Shown: positions 24,761 through 39,202, counted from the stretch's first letter. The stretch: 64,000 nt of DNA from Octopus vulgaris (GCA_951406725.2 OX597818.1:111972001-112036000); one strand, 5' to 3'. Notes: generated by a model not told the origin, from the letters alone. Made by a program: numbers and translations.

Positions 24761-26689
24761 GTCTCTGCCTCCCTCTACAGCCATATACATATAAATATAT
24801 ATGCATACATGCACGAATACACACATTCACAAACACACACACACGTACACAGAAACGTACACATAACTATAAATACACACAAACACACACATATATATAT
24901 ATAAATAGATATTTATCAATCTGCCAATATATATATACACAAAGTGAGAGAGAGAGAGAGAGAGAGTGAGAAAGAGTGAAAGAGAGAGAGAGATTGTTAT
25001 AGTAGTATATTTGCAAGTAGTGCCAAATATCAAACCATACACTCCACGTCAATTTAAAATGCTGATATCCGTGGGGCAGCTGATGATGGAGGTATGTTGG
25101 ATTGTTGGTATGGCTATATTTGTACATGTTGAATAGTATTATAACACATCCTTTTGATATATATCAATTTATTAATTTATAAATAATTGGAAACTTGCAC
25201 ACACAAACACACACATGAATATATGAAGGAAGTCGACCCAAAATTCGTAGCCCCCGCTCGGTAACTCTGAGAGAAGATGCAGCGAAAAGGACACTCAACG
25301 GTATAGTGCAAGCCAGCAACAATTGCATCAGTAGAGAGCACACACCGCGCGGTGCGATTATCACCACGCTCCGTTCGGCATTGTGTGCTGTTGTCTATGC
25401 AAAGCAGAAAGAAAATAACACGTTGATGCTTGTGTAGTGTTGTGGCTCGGCCGAAGGCAACAATGCGTTGATGTACGTTTTCCGCACTTATTAACATCAA
25501 TTGCTAGTTTATATGTGACAAAGAGACATATAAGTTAGCAAAACTTGTATGTGCATGGATAAGATCTAACATATCCAAAATGAATATAAACAAAATAAAT
25601 ATAAAAAAAGAAAACAAAACTAAATAAATACGATGGTTATTGGATATTGAAAAAATATTATTAGTTTGACTAATTAAGTTGTTATTCTGAGTGAACCTTT
25701 CCAAGACAAAAGACTGATGGTTTACTGAAATTATGGTAAGAAAAATACTGATAATTTTTTTCATCCTTTTAACAGGGTATTTTTATACAACATTTTGAGT
25801 TGGCTGTGGGAATTAGTGGATAAGTGGCAAGCACTAAAAGGATATGTAATTCCATTAGACTCTTGATAGAAAAACTAAAACCAACAAGATGCCAAACGGA
25901 ATTCAACGAAGTATGTGTGCATACATATCACTTGTTAGGAATGCAAGTCTAATCTCGCTCGTATCACAGCCTACACTTTTAAATGGAAAAAAAAGTCATA
26001 GCCTAATGTAATTCTAGATGTACCGTACTTGCGAAAAGAAATAGCAGATAGAAGTGTCTGGAAGAACTATTATTGTGTATGCACAGACCGAGGCAAAACT
26101 TATTTTGTGGAAGATTAACGGTTACACGTTCATGCAAGTCTCCCCTTTCACGCCACCCATATTTCCAATTGGGAAAAAAACATCAAAGCAAGGGCTAGTA
26201 CAGTTCGTCACTCGTGACGTCGCAGCTATTGTCGTTATAACGCAGAGAGATGGAAAAGATACTGGAACGCATCGTGTCCAATGTCCCAGCAGTCACACCA
26301 TTAGATAATTCTGGATGGGTAGATCTTTTATTGCTTTTGGAAAGATGAAAGCTAAGTTGATCTAGACATAATTTCAAATCAGAGCTGTAGAGAATCGAAA
26401 CCAATGCCTTGAGGTGTTCTATCAAATACACGAACAACGTTGACAATTTGCTCTTTTGAATTTTTGGATGGAAGTTTTTTATACTTGACTGGTATACATG
26501 TTGTGTGTTATTAAGTTTTACTCCAGAAAATCTAATGAAATTGTTCCTTGTCTGGATTTGAACCCATGGAATTTAAGAGAGAATGACTACTGTGAAGTAT
26601 TTTGAGTGATGTTTTAACGATTCTGCCAATCTGCTTCGTTAGCGACTAAAATAACGATTCTTTGTGATTTTGACTAAAGGACAGTTATT

Positions 26690-26876
26690 GAAAGCGAAGG
26701 GGCAGTAAGTAGATTACATCGACTCCTGTACTCAACTGGTACTTATTATATCGACCACGAAACGATGAAAGGCAATGCCAACGTCTGTAGAATTTGCGCT
26801 CAAAGCACGAAGAGACCGAAGAAATATCGCTAAGCGTTTTGTTCGAAGCACTAACTATTCGGCAAGATCGCTACCT
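26690..26876 (-). mobile_element. Old SINE (third family)
   Basis: gattacatcgac..ctggtactta..atgaaaggcaa matches the family. Confidence 0.65.
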
Positions 26877-26999
26877 TAAAGGCTAAGTTAAAAGTTTAAT
26901 AACAACGACCGTGAATTATTAGAAGTAAGGTTCGATAAATAAGACAAATTATACAAATACCACATTCAGCCGTGTGCAGGAACAAGATCAGATTGATCA

Positions 27000-27237
27000 T
27001 ACCTATTTCTTTACTACCCACAAGGGGCTAAACATAGAGGGGACAAACAAGGACAGACAAACGGATTGAGTCGATTACATCGACCCCAGTGCGTAACTGG
27101 TACCTAATTTATCGATCCCGAAAGGATGAAAGGCAAAGTTGACCTCGGCGGAATTTGAACTCAGAACGTAACAACAGACGATATACGGCTACGCATTTCT
27201 CCCGGCGTTCTAACGTTTCTGCCAGCTCGCTGCCTTC
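27000..27237 (-). mobile_element. SINE (third family)
   Basis: Reverse complement of the 22815-23012 and 47290-47525 type. Confidence 0.85.
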
Positions 27238-28465
27238 AGATTGATCATAACTGCAGCGGAGTTATGATCTCCAGTGATCTGGAGGTATGATCTGCAGTCG
27301 GGGCGTGTTATTCCGTCATTCATTGTACCTGGACCACTTTGTCGAATGTGTCATCATTATTTTTTTAATTAAAATTTGAATTCGATTTAAGAGTTTGACT
27401 TGCTATTTCTAGAATATCTGAAAGCCTACCAGTGCACGACTAACTCCCACTGGCGATATAAACACAAGTGCTTATATGCATTACAAGCCCATATGAGAAT
27501 CTCTCATGGTAAATAACACAGTATTCTGTGTTCTAATTTTAAGTGAGGGATAAAAATTACCTTTTGGGATAATCAGTGCGCTGACGCTTTAAATTATTAA
27601 TTTTTTTTAAACCAGGAATTGGCCAAGATTGAGCACACATATGGTCGAAATCCTTCACGCGATAGAAGTTTGACTGCTATGTCTAGAAGATGTAGCGACC
27701 AGGTACAGATTCCCTTGTTAATTCGTATTATTGGCAGAGCAGCAGTAAGGTCGATAAAAACGGCTATACGTCTCACACAACATATGTGGCCTTGTCTCTA
27801 AGCAAGAAATCACTATTGCAGCTCGATAAAAATTTATTGATGTTACATAATCAGAAGGAATATTGTAAAATTTCTTATCATTTTTACATCAATCACTATT
27901 TTATCGAATCGATAGTATTGTCATAACCTTTGAGTTCAACTTGAAAATGTGAAATCTTAACAAAGGCCTGTTTTCGAGCAAATATTTTCAAGTCGTTTCT
28001 TTAACATTTCCAACACACAATTTAATCTATGAAATACTACTTTCATCTCACTCATTCACTCGTTTTCACTTTCTTCCACAATCTTTCATCCCCTCTCTCC
28101 CCCACCACTATTTCTCCACCACCCTCTCTTCACTCTTTTTCCCTATCGTCTCTCTCTTTCTCTCTCTTAAATTCATTCCTTCTCCTCCGTTTGTCTTTGA
28201 AATATCTTCCACTTAATTTGCGTACTTGGTTTTCTTGAACCACTATCTCGAAACGTGTACGCACACACACACATGCACGTACACACATAGAGCCGCACAT
28301 ACGCACATGCACAAACACACACATATTGAATTCTTTTCTCACTATATGAGATTAAAATCACAATATTCTTCGGGTAAAAACTGGCAAACTTTTTGACATA
28401 AAACTTGTATCATAAGAATTCCATTTGCTTCAAGTTATTAACTAACAGTGTATATACTGTTGTCC

Positions 28466-28563
<98 letters not shown>

Positions 28564-28646
28564 TCAATTTCTGCACACCACACATAATACTCTCTACATG
28601 CACACTCATATATATACAGTGGTAGGTCAGATGTACAGAAATTGAA

Positions 28647-28830
28647 TATTGAGAAAAAACGTCGCTAGAATTTTAGAAAAAAAGTATTTTTCTTTCTTCG
28701 TTATTATTAGCGCTTTCGTTCGTTTCTTGAACTTTCCATATAAAATTTGAATTCAAACGAACGAAAGCGTTAATTATAATGAAGAAATAAAAAGATTTTT
28801 CCAAACTTCTGACGACCTTTTTTCTCAATA
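28647..28830. repeat. Imperfect foldback (~80-bp arms) next to (TA)n
   Basis: 28647-28725 is the reverse complement of 28755-28830. Confidence 0.8.
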
Positions 28831-28844
28831 TATATATATATATA

Positions 28845-29305
28845 TATTTAAAGATAATTTATGGATAAAATTTTTATAAGATTTTATGAAGTAGCCAGCA
28901 TGTAATAAAACCATATAGGTAGCAATTAATACACAAGATATAATTATATAGCTATAATTATAATAAGGACACTAATGAGTAGTGCCACATGCTACAAATC
29001 GACGCGGAATTGTCGTAAGAACAATATTTTCACCACATTGACTCGAGCTGAAAGCGAGGGAAGTGAATAAAAAAGATTTTTTAAACAGGGTTTAACCATA
29101 GATCGATTTTTAGTTTAGAGATGTAAATCCCTTTATTGTCATCAGTATACTGTAATTCATTATATATGATTATAAACATTTCTTCATACCCATACGGATA
29201 TCCTGCATCCACAAGCGCATATAAAAATGTTCATATTTATATACAAGTAAAGGCAACTTCATAAAATCTTATAAAGAATTTATCCTTAATTATAATTAAA
29301 TATAA
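28845..29305 (-). mobile_element. Short element with ~55-bp inverted ends and a decayed HHR
   Basis: 28845-28895 inverted against 29252-29305; CUGAUGA...AAAA-UCGA-UC on the minus strand at 29096-29150. Confidence 0.6.
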
Positions 29306-29326
29306 TATCAACCACTTCGACAAATA

Positions 29327-30547
29327 TTCGGTTGGCAACTAAGTTCTCGCCGTTTTCTTAAATCTAAATTTTTTTAAGGGTTTAATAAAAAAAATAACAA
29401 CTAATTAATCAATAATGTATTCACCCTTGTTTACAACTTCTTCCCAACGTTCAACAAGATTTCAATACATCGTTGGTAGAAATCACCCGATTTCGACTCG
29501 AAAAATGGATCCAACCAAGCTCTCAATTCTGCATCAGTATTGATCGAAACTTGGCGCATAGCATTTGAATGGTTTCCTTGGTCATATTGGCGATATGAGG
29601 GCGGGCGTTGTCGTGCAGCAGAAGAACTCCATGTTGGCGATTAGGTCTTTTCTCTTAGATAGTCGTGTTAAGTCGTTGCATCTGTTGAACATAGGGTTCC
29701 GCGTTGACCGTTTGGTTCCGTTCAACCAATTCGTAATGGAAAATCCCTTCCCAGTCCCACGATACGCACAACATCGTTTTACGCGGATGAAGATCTTGTT
29801 TCACATGCGGCGTCGCTTGTTTACCGGGGCTAAGCCATTCCTTACACTTCTTCATATTGAAGTACAGGCACCATTTTTCATCATCGGTAATGATTCGGTA
29901 AAGAAATCGTTGCTTGTGTCCATCAGTTGAGCGGTGACGAGCAAGCAAACCAGCGGAGATTGTGACTCGTTGATTTTTGTTGTTGTCACTTAAAGCATGC
30001 AGAACCCATGCTCCATACTTCTGAACTTTTCCCATCGAGTGAAGATGCTTCTCTATAGCAGTGTGGGAGCATTCCATTTTCTCTGCCAGTTCCCATTTCG
30101 TTTGACGAGAATTTTTGTGCAAAAGTTGGTTGAATCGCTCTTCACCGAACTCAACTGGATGGCCGGTACAAGGTGCGTCTTTGAGGTCAAAATTTCCATT
30201 GTTGAACTTGGCATACCAATCACGAGCGGTTCTTTCAGCTATGGCACTCTCTCTATACAGAGCACAAATGTCACGTCAGCTTTTGCGGCCTTAGAACCTT
30301 GATTAAAAGCAAAAAGAAGGAGGTGTCGAAATTGCCTGTTTTTCTTAAGTTGACATTCTATCTTAATGATTTGAAATAAACAAAAAATAACTAAAACTAA
30401 CTAGACAAAAAAAAACAAACAAAACAAAATACATTCCAAAATGATTCAAAAATAGAATTCTCGAAAAAAATAGATTCCAAATTTTAAAAAAAGGCAATAC
30501 ATTCCAAAATAAAAAAAAAAACAGCGGGAACTTAGTTGCCAACACAA
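29327..30547 (-). mobile_element. Mariner DNA transposon with both TIRs and a pseudogenised transposase
   Basis: TIRs ttcggttggcaactaagttc / gaacttagttgccaacacaa with TA TSD; motifs WVLHAL, RIITDDEKW, LHDNARP; the YSPDLAP region is deleted. Confidence 0.92.
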
Positions 30548-31042
30548 TATATTCACTCCGGTATTATTTCATGGTCGTATACGCTCGTGGCTGAGGTGAA
30601 CGAATTAGATTTTGCTTGTATATAAATATCTTCCACTTAATTTGCGTACTTGTTTTTTCCTTGCATCACCACGTCGGAACATGAACCCCCCCACACACAC
30701 ACGTATGTATGTATGTAACTTTGATGGTGCAAACAGGAAACTAGAACTCAGAACATGGCGATATGCAGGTCTTTTATCAATAATAAACAAGAGTTACAAA
30801 GTGACTGATAGAAAGAGCGTTCCGTGCGTTAGAACTTATCAAACAAGTTTCAAATCAACGGGTCATAAGTTTCTATGCAGGTGATAAGTGGTCTTTTCTT
30901 GGACTGTTCTGGAAGAAATCATAAAAAAAATTGCACTGTCACTTGGATAATTCATATTTTTCGAATGGGTTGTCTATTAGGTTATTCAATAAATGAAAAA
31001 ACGTAAATAGTGAAAATTTAAGATATACGTATGCCTACTTGC

Positions 31043-31493
<451 letters not shown>

Positions 31494-31662
31494 TTGGCTA
31501 TGTTTCAGCATGTGTATGGGCGTGTTTGAAATACAGAACTGTGTCTATCTACATAACTATCTATCTATAAACATGTATACATATGTGCACATATGTATAC
31601 ATGAACACGCGCGCACCCACACACATGTATATACCCATATATAAATAAATAAATATATAAAA

Positions 31663-31693
<31 letters not shown>

Positions 31694-32244
31694 GGCATAT
31701 ACGTATATGTATAAGTCTGCATGTGTGTAGTTTATATATATATATACATGATTGTGTATACGCTGCATGATACATCAACGCTAATTCACCTTCTCTGATT
31801 GCAGTATCTTCTCGGATTTTTCTTTTCATCTTCAAATTCTCACCTCCTTTCCACCTCATATTCCAATTTTAACATCGACAACTTTTTTCAACACTTTTCC
31901 TTTTGTTTCACAGCTGCATGCCTGAAAACTAACTTTTCCACTTCTATATGCTTTTGTTTATGCAATTTTGCACGCGTAAATAAAACCTTCCATCTTGCTC
32001 TCACCGTCCTGCAGCTCTTCTTCGACACACACACACACGCATAGAGGTTATCACAGCCTCATCTTACACTTCTATATACTCAGCTGAAGATTACACATAC
32101 ACCAACACTGCCTTACTTCCACATTCGCACGCACACATCCACCGCACGAACGCACACGCCAACGCTCGCGCTATTCTCCTCATGACGGCTTCCATCCACA
32201 AGCCTAAGCTTTTTATCCACATGGAAACGTTTTTCATCACTTAT

Positions 32245-32622
32245 TCTTTTATTCTTTTATTATTTTACTTGTTTCAGTCATTTGACTGCAGCCATGCTAG
32301 AGCACCGCTTTTAGTCGAGCAAATCAATCCCAGGATTTATTCTTTGTAAGCCTAGTACTTATTCTATCGGTCTCTTTTGCAAGCCTGCTAAGTTACGAGG
32401 AAGTAAATGCACCAGCACCGGTTCTCAAGGTATGTTTGGGGGTAACACATACATATACGATGAGTTTATTTCAGTTTCCGTCTAGCAAATCCACTCACAA
32501 GGCTTTGGTCGGCTTGAGGTTATAGTAGAAGACAATTGCTCAAGGTGCCATGCAATGGGACTGATCCCGGAACCGTGTGGCTGGGAAGCAAACTACTTAC
32601 CACAGTGCTACTCCTGCGCCTA
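32245..32622 (-). mobile_element. tRNA-derived SINE (major family)
   Basis: Complete head-body-tail match to the family. Confidence 0.85.
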
Positions 32623-32964
32623 TGTGAAATTATTTCTATTCTTAACCGTTAAATGCTTTTCTCTTCCGCCCAAAAGCTTATTCCTTGCTTTTTGGTTTTG
32701 ATGAAGGACGAACTTCAGAAGCGTTAAAAAAAATACAGTTGTGTAACTTATGATATGCATCACGGTACTAGCCTTCATATTCATTTATTACCAGCTTAGC
32801 ACTAAAATTAACTAGGAAAGGGAACCATGTGCGCCTGCACTAAAGAGCAGTCCGCGATCCACGAAACATTCCTTCAGGAGTCTCCACATACATTTTTACT
32901 GTGCGCATCAATATTAAAGAAAACAGTATTTATGTGTGTATGTATATATGTATATATGTAAATG

Positions 32965-33125
32965 GCAGGCTTCCTTCAGTTTCCGTCAACGAAATCCACA
33001 GTTAAGGCTTTGGTCGACCCGGGCATGTAGTAGAAGACAGCTGCCCAACTTTCCCCACAGTGTCATCACATGTGGAGCTATATGGTTGGGATGTAAATTT
33101 CTTACCACACAGCTCCGTTCCTGCT
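32965..33125 (-). mobile_element. SINE (major family), decayed 5' half
   Basis: ttcagtttccgtc..aaatccac..ggctttggtcg..cttaccacacagc. Confidence 0.7.
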
Positions 33126-33334
33126 CGCGTGCACACACACACACACGCCTGCAAATACACACACACACGCGCGCCTGCAAATACACACACACACACATAT
33201 ATATGTTTATGTATGTATTTATTTACGCAGTTATCTCCGTTTCTTTCCTTGGAAATATATACATACATATTTTATGTATGTATAGACATATGTATATATG
33301 TGTGTGTATGAATACAGACACACATATATATACA

Positions 33335-33385
<51 letters not shown>

Positions 33386-33806
33386 ATATAGTTGCATAAA
33401 TATGATTTGCGTTGTTTACGAAAGGAAAATTAAAATACAAATAATTTAAAGACATGAATATCCAGCTCTACCCGTGCATTTACATCTACAAACACACACA
33501 ATGCAACACGCATATGCGTTTTTTCATATGTTCATAAACACATAGACGTCCTTATACATACACACATACACGAATAAATCTATATTAATATATAAATATT
33601 TTATGAACGTTTATGGAAAATCGCAGGCAACGTATATTTAGACATTTTATGTGCATTGTGGCAGAATAGAGGAGAATAATGAAAATGAGTGAGAATAATG
33701 AAATATAAAATAGTTGAGAATGTATATAAATTAATATCCATGTTGCATATTTAGACTTTGAGTTTGTGTTGCAATGAATTACATGTCTATAGTTATGGAA
33801 TAAAGT

Positions 33807-34128
33807 GAGGGCGCGTGGCTTAGTGGTTAGGGCATTCGGCTCATGATCGTAAGGTTGTGAGTTCGATTCCCGGCGACGCGTTGTGTCCTTGAGCAAGACA
33901 CTTTATTTCACGTTGCTCCAGTCCACTCAGCTGGCAAAAATGAGTTGTACTTGTATTTCAAAGGGTCAGCCTTGTCACTCTCTGTGTCACGCTGATTATC
34001 CCCGAGAACTACGTTAAGGGTACACGTGTCTGTGGAATGCTCAGCCATTTGCACGTTAATTTCACCAGCAAGCTGTTCCGTTGATCGTATCAGCTGGGAC
34101 CCTCGTCGTCGTAACCGGCGGAGTCTTT
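33807..34128 (+). mobile_element. tRNA-headed SINE
   Basis: A box TGGCTTAGTGG, B box GTTCGATTCC, 3' domain shared with 23119-23478. Confidence 0.88.
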
Positions 34129-36519
34129 CTCCTCCTATGGAATAAAACATTCTGGATGGACTGAAGGAATTAGCCGTTGTAGGATGAAATCTAGAAATTC
34201 TAAAGTAAAAAGGATTGATAAAACGTTTAGAATTCATAGAGGGCCGATATATTGTTATTCATGTGCTTACGTACGTTAATGGGAATTGAGTTTAAGGAAC
34301 GTCATAATTGACAAATAGATGGCGGTTGCGTCTAATGGAAGAAAGTTGTGTTGTAAGAATGCCGGCTAGATGGTTAAATAGTTATTGCTTCGTATAGAGA
34401 CTGGAATTGATTGAAAATGGGGGATTAATGAAAGATAACTGTAGTAAAGGAGATATTTATTCAATGAAAATGATAGTCGGTCACCATACATTCATGAATC
34501 TCTGAGTTGATTTCAAAGCTTTGTATAATCAAAGAATTTGTAAATTTTCTCATGCAATGTCTTGAAACCGGACGTTGTCCCTCTTGTTGATATCTTTAGT
34601 CACTGGATCCTATAAAGGCGCTGATGAGGTAGCAAACCACGAAACGGGGTTGGAATTTCTCACTTCCAGTTGTGGTTTAAAGGGTCTCTATTCTCACATA
34701 AGTCGAAAACGAACTCATTCTGTTTTTGCCGAAGAATAGAACTTTATATATGTACTGAATGCTTTTGTGGTTGTTGACGATGTATTCCTTACGTCTTTGG
34801 TATTCAGATTCCTCTGTCAAACGTAATGCCTGGAATTAATCCTACATTATCTCACAGCCATACGATTTCTGTGATATGACTCTTTGATTTAGGAATGGCA
34901 TCGTACGATAGGTGTAAGGGAGGCTGGATATGGTTGGTTTGATTACAAAGGAGGGAGGATATCTAGGCTGGATATGGCCGGCTTGAATGATAAAGGTTGA
35001 GTCGAAACTGATTGTACAGAGCTGCGATCATAGGTATTCCAGCCGTGACGTTGCCACCGTTACTGCCATTTGAAAACTGAATAAATATACAAACTAAAAT
35101 TTGATACAAGAAATACACAAACTCAGTAAAGCAACAAGCATTAAAACCTCTCAGAAGGAAAATGAAATGCAACATTAAGCCATTAAACAAGGGTATTTCT
35201 TAAATATGAATCTACAAAACGCGTAGAAAAACGTCATGAGAAATAAACATTGTCATAAACAGCAATGGTAACATAGCACATTATACCAGAAAAATAAAAT
35301 TTAGAATATATATGTAACAATACCAGGCAAACCCACTCATTAGGCATTTCTTGAATGACCAACGAAAAGACATCATCCACAACACTGAAAGTTTTATGAA
35401 CAGTCACCTAGTTAACAAATACCTGATTAACAATCGCCTGATTAACCAGCGGACTAATCAAAATGAAAGCTATACATTTAAATAAACTAATTAACGTCCA
35501 TTCTTTCAGCTTCGATGACAATGACAAGGGAAAATTTTGGTATCATGACACATACGTTGTATCAACACAAAATCTTAATTCTGAGACACCTTTTCGCCAT
35601 TAACCAGAACATTACATTACAAGGCAGAAGAGAAAAGAAAGGAAGAAACGAAGAAAGTAAAACTCGAATAATTTACACAAAGAATTTACAGAGAGACAAC
35701 CATGATTCAAAGAATATCCTAACAGATTCGGAAAATTCTGGGACTTGTTTTACTTTTGTATGTATGTATGTATGTATGTATGTATGTATGTATGTATGTA
35801 TGTATGTATGTATGTATGTATGTATGTATGTATGTATGCATGCATGTATGCATGTATGTATGTATGTATGTATGTATGTATGTATGTATGTATGTATGTA
35901 TATGTGTGCGCGTGTACGTATACGTATATACTAAGGATCTCCCTTATTCTCTCTCCGACGATGGAACCGATGGCCACTAAAGCTCTCTCGTAAGGATCTG
36001 CTTCATTCTCTCTCTGTTAAGTGAATAGACGAAAACTATATGGATTGCTGCTGTTCGTTTTCAGAGAATTGCACCACCTGCGCACCTATTCCTGAACCAG
36101 CTGTAAATGACAATCGGCGCAGCTAACTCCGTTTTTTCTTCTTCTTATGATAAATATTCTTGTAACAATTCAACCATTATGCTCAAATATATAAATGTTA
36201 CAATCTACCCTGATTGTTTGCCTGTTTATACTTCCCTTCAATTATATAGCATATTTTATCTTAATTTGTTTTTGCCTATTTATTTTCATACTTACCTTCA
36301 GCAGTACATATCTTTGTGATATTTGGACCTTTATTAATGAAAACGATTAAGCAAATTTTTTTTATATATTGACGAAAAAACATGGCTCTCGTGATGTCAA
36401 CACATACACACATGCATAATACTCATACACATATATAATGAACGTCATGGCTAGTCACTCAACACAAACACATTCCGCTATCTGTGATATATACACACAT
36501 ATAGTCTTTGCGCTAAATT

Positions 36520-36985
36520 TTAAAAAAAATGGAATACATCAGTGTACTACTTTTGGTTGACTTTAACTTCCTCAATGTGGGATGGCCTGGGGGCCAGATG
36601 CTCCCAGGAAAGAAAGAGCACCAGCAAGCACAGGTGAAGTCCCTGCTCCAACGTACCAATGCTTCTTTCATGAAGCAAATTGTTCTGCAACCATCCACAG
36701 CAAATAATATTCTGGATTTTTGCTTCACAATCAATAAGGACATTCTCCATAATGTTAAAGTGATACCGACGCTAGTCTCGGATCACAACATAATAAAGCT
36801 GTCTATATACCAAAAAAACCTGCAGACGTACAGGGTATGGATGTAGGTGTCTTCAAAACAAAACCTCCTGTCAAGTGTTCCAGATAAGCCTACCTCACGG
36901 CAGGAAACACCGATGAGGGCAGCGGCATCGAACTCTCTCATTCACCAAATGCTACATAAGGGAGGAGGTTTCAAATCATGGCGTA
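36520..36985 (+). mobile_element. Internally deleted CR1-like LINE (AP-endonuclease piece plus 3' end)
   Basis: LLVDFN...ILDFCF...VSDHNII (GDFN/LD/SDH motifs), then VPDKPT..AASNSL. Confidence 0.7.
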
Positions 36986-38129
36986 GCACATCAAACGTTG
37001 GAGTCCCAGCATGGCTGCAGCTTTGAAGCTGAAACAATTTAAAGATTAAAGATTAAAGATATATATACACACACACACATATATGTATACACGTACATAT
37101 ATATATGTATATATATATATGTATAATTATATATATATATACACATACATGAATATATATATACACACACATATATATATGTATATATATATCTATACAC
37201 ACACACACACATACACACACACACACACATATATGCATGCACAGACAACCACATATTGTATATACACTATACTTTATACCTTAGATGCTTCGCTACACCC
37301 GGTTGCAAGCCTACTCGAATGATCTTCCTGTATGTATGGGTGCTTCTCCGTGCACAGTTGTTTGGTTATGAATGTTTTGTTTGTTATTGCTCGTCTGCGT
37401 GCATATCATTTATTCGTGTTGAGTTCGTTCAAAAATCAATAGCAGAAACGTAGGCGAGTAATATACAGACCAGCGTAAATGATGCACCCAACGAATCCAA
37501 AATGTTTAACAAAGCATTTATCAGATACACCAAATCATTGCATATTAAAGATTCTCATCGCTGTCCGAAAATAAACTTTCTCTCTTTGATCTGACGATAA
37601 TGGATTGTAAAAACTCCATTTGAACTTGATTTTATTGGTATGTTTTTCAATCTAAATGTATGTGTTGTTTGATAAAAATGTATTTTGATAAAATAAGAAA
37701 TCTCTTATCAGATTGGTGTTCACAAATGGTTTAATTGATTCCGAATATTTTTAGTGGAGGTTCTCCATCAGTGTTGTCTTGGAGTGTTTGAGATTATTCG
37801 TTTCTCTAATTGGAAATAGTGCATGTGGCTTAGAATCTTGGCCGCCAACACTTTCTTCTGAAAAATAGGGGTAGTTTATCATGTTCAGGCTATATTAACA
37901 GCATTATCCTGCATTTGATAATTAAAAAATAATCACTTCTTTAACTTGCTAAGACATCTCAACACTTCTAAAGCAACTTCGTTTGTTTGTTTAATTTCAT
38001 CGTAATTTGAATTTATCCGAAAATTTATTTTATTCATTTACTGCAGTGTATTTGACTTTGTATACATAAAATATTTCAAAAACGAAAAGCAAATATAAAC
38101 AAGAAGTATATTTAATGATGAGTTTATCA

Positions 38130-38560
38130 ATCTTTTATCTTTTATCTTTTGCTGGTTTCAGTCATTAGACTGTGGCCATGCTAGGGCACCGTCTAGTAGA
38201 AGTTTTAGTCGAATGTACTTTTTCTAAACCCTAGTACTTTTTAAAAATCCTGATATCATTTCTATCGGTCTCTTTTGTTGAGTTACGGGGACGTAAACAC
38301 ACGAACACCAGTTGTCAAGCGGTGGCGACACATACACACACAAACACATACAAACACACACACACAAACAGACACACACACGCACACAAATACACACACA
38401 CATATACGACGGGCTTCTTTCAGTTTCCGTCAACCAGATCCACTCGCAAGGCTTTGGTCAGTCTGTGGCTATAGCAGAAAACGCTTGCCCAAATTGGAAA
38501 ACAGTGGGACGGAACCCAGAGCCATGTGGTTGGGAAGCAAGCTTCTTACCAGATTACCGC
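38130..38560 (-). mobile_element. tRNA-derived SINE (major family)
   Basis: Family match. Confidence 0.8.
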
Positions 38561-38732
38561 TGTCACCTATACTCTCCGTATCATGTATGATGCTAGGTCC
38601 ACACAGAAATCAGTCAGTATCACAAAAGGTAACGGATTCCATTCTCCCTTTTTCTCTTTCTCTATATCCCAAGTACATGACAACACACCTACATCTATAT
38701 AGCCATGGTTACAAACTAAAAGACAGACAAAT

Positions 38733-38964
38733 TTAAATCCATTAAGTGCTACTGTCCTATAAACAGGACACTAAATGAGAACATTAGATAAGCTATATCA
38801 CATTGTCTCAGTGTCCTGTTTATAGGACACCCAGTATTTCCATTTCTACTTGAGGTAAAGGAGTTTTAATAATTATTTTTTTCATTTTAACGTATTTTCA
38901 ATCACCTGTAAAAATTTAAAAGTAAGATTCAGTAATTTAAGTACTCTGGGACTTAATGGGTTAA
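38733..38964. mobile_element. piggyBac-like MITE
   Basis: TTAA at both ends; termini ccattaagt / acttaatgg; perfect internal 20-bp IR 38753-38772 / 38810-38829. Confidence 0.6.
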
Positions 38965-39202
38965 GCAGAGCTCATCGGAAAGACAGCATGTCATTGATGG
39001 GGTCACGGATAGCGATAAAAGGACTTCGACAATCAAAGCTGATCAATAGTTGAAGCGAACGATTAAGCGAAGCACTTGATTAGCTAGTTGGTTAAATAGC
39101 TCACCAGTTGACTGATAATGACTTGAAATTATGGCACACGGTCTGCTGTTTTTGAGATGAAGAGAAATCGATTACATCGATCCCAGTACTTGTCTAGAAC
39201 TT

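Noticed and set aside
23960-24969. Long ORFs of 197-324 aa (MYVC/HTYI repeats)
   Set aside because: Translations of stop-free microsatellite; the same applies to most YI/CV/LSIY/ER ORFs in the track.
32690-32730. UUGAUGAAGGAC..GAAGCGUU possible decayed hammerhead
   Set aside because: Too many core mismatches and no second copy in the window to support it.
33807-33880. tRNA gene-like sequence (also 8548, 23119, 51870-51938)
   Set aside because: These are SINE heads continuous with SINE bodies and lack a proper acceptor stem.
34615-34655. CUGAUGA-GGU(AGCAA)ACC-AC-GAAAC apparent hammerhead
   Set aside because: Stem II is out of register with the core and there is no clear stem I. The homologous copy at ~18080-18110 (-) reads CUGUUGUGG, so the core is not conserved.
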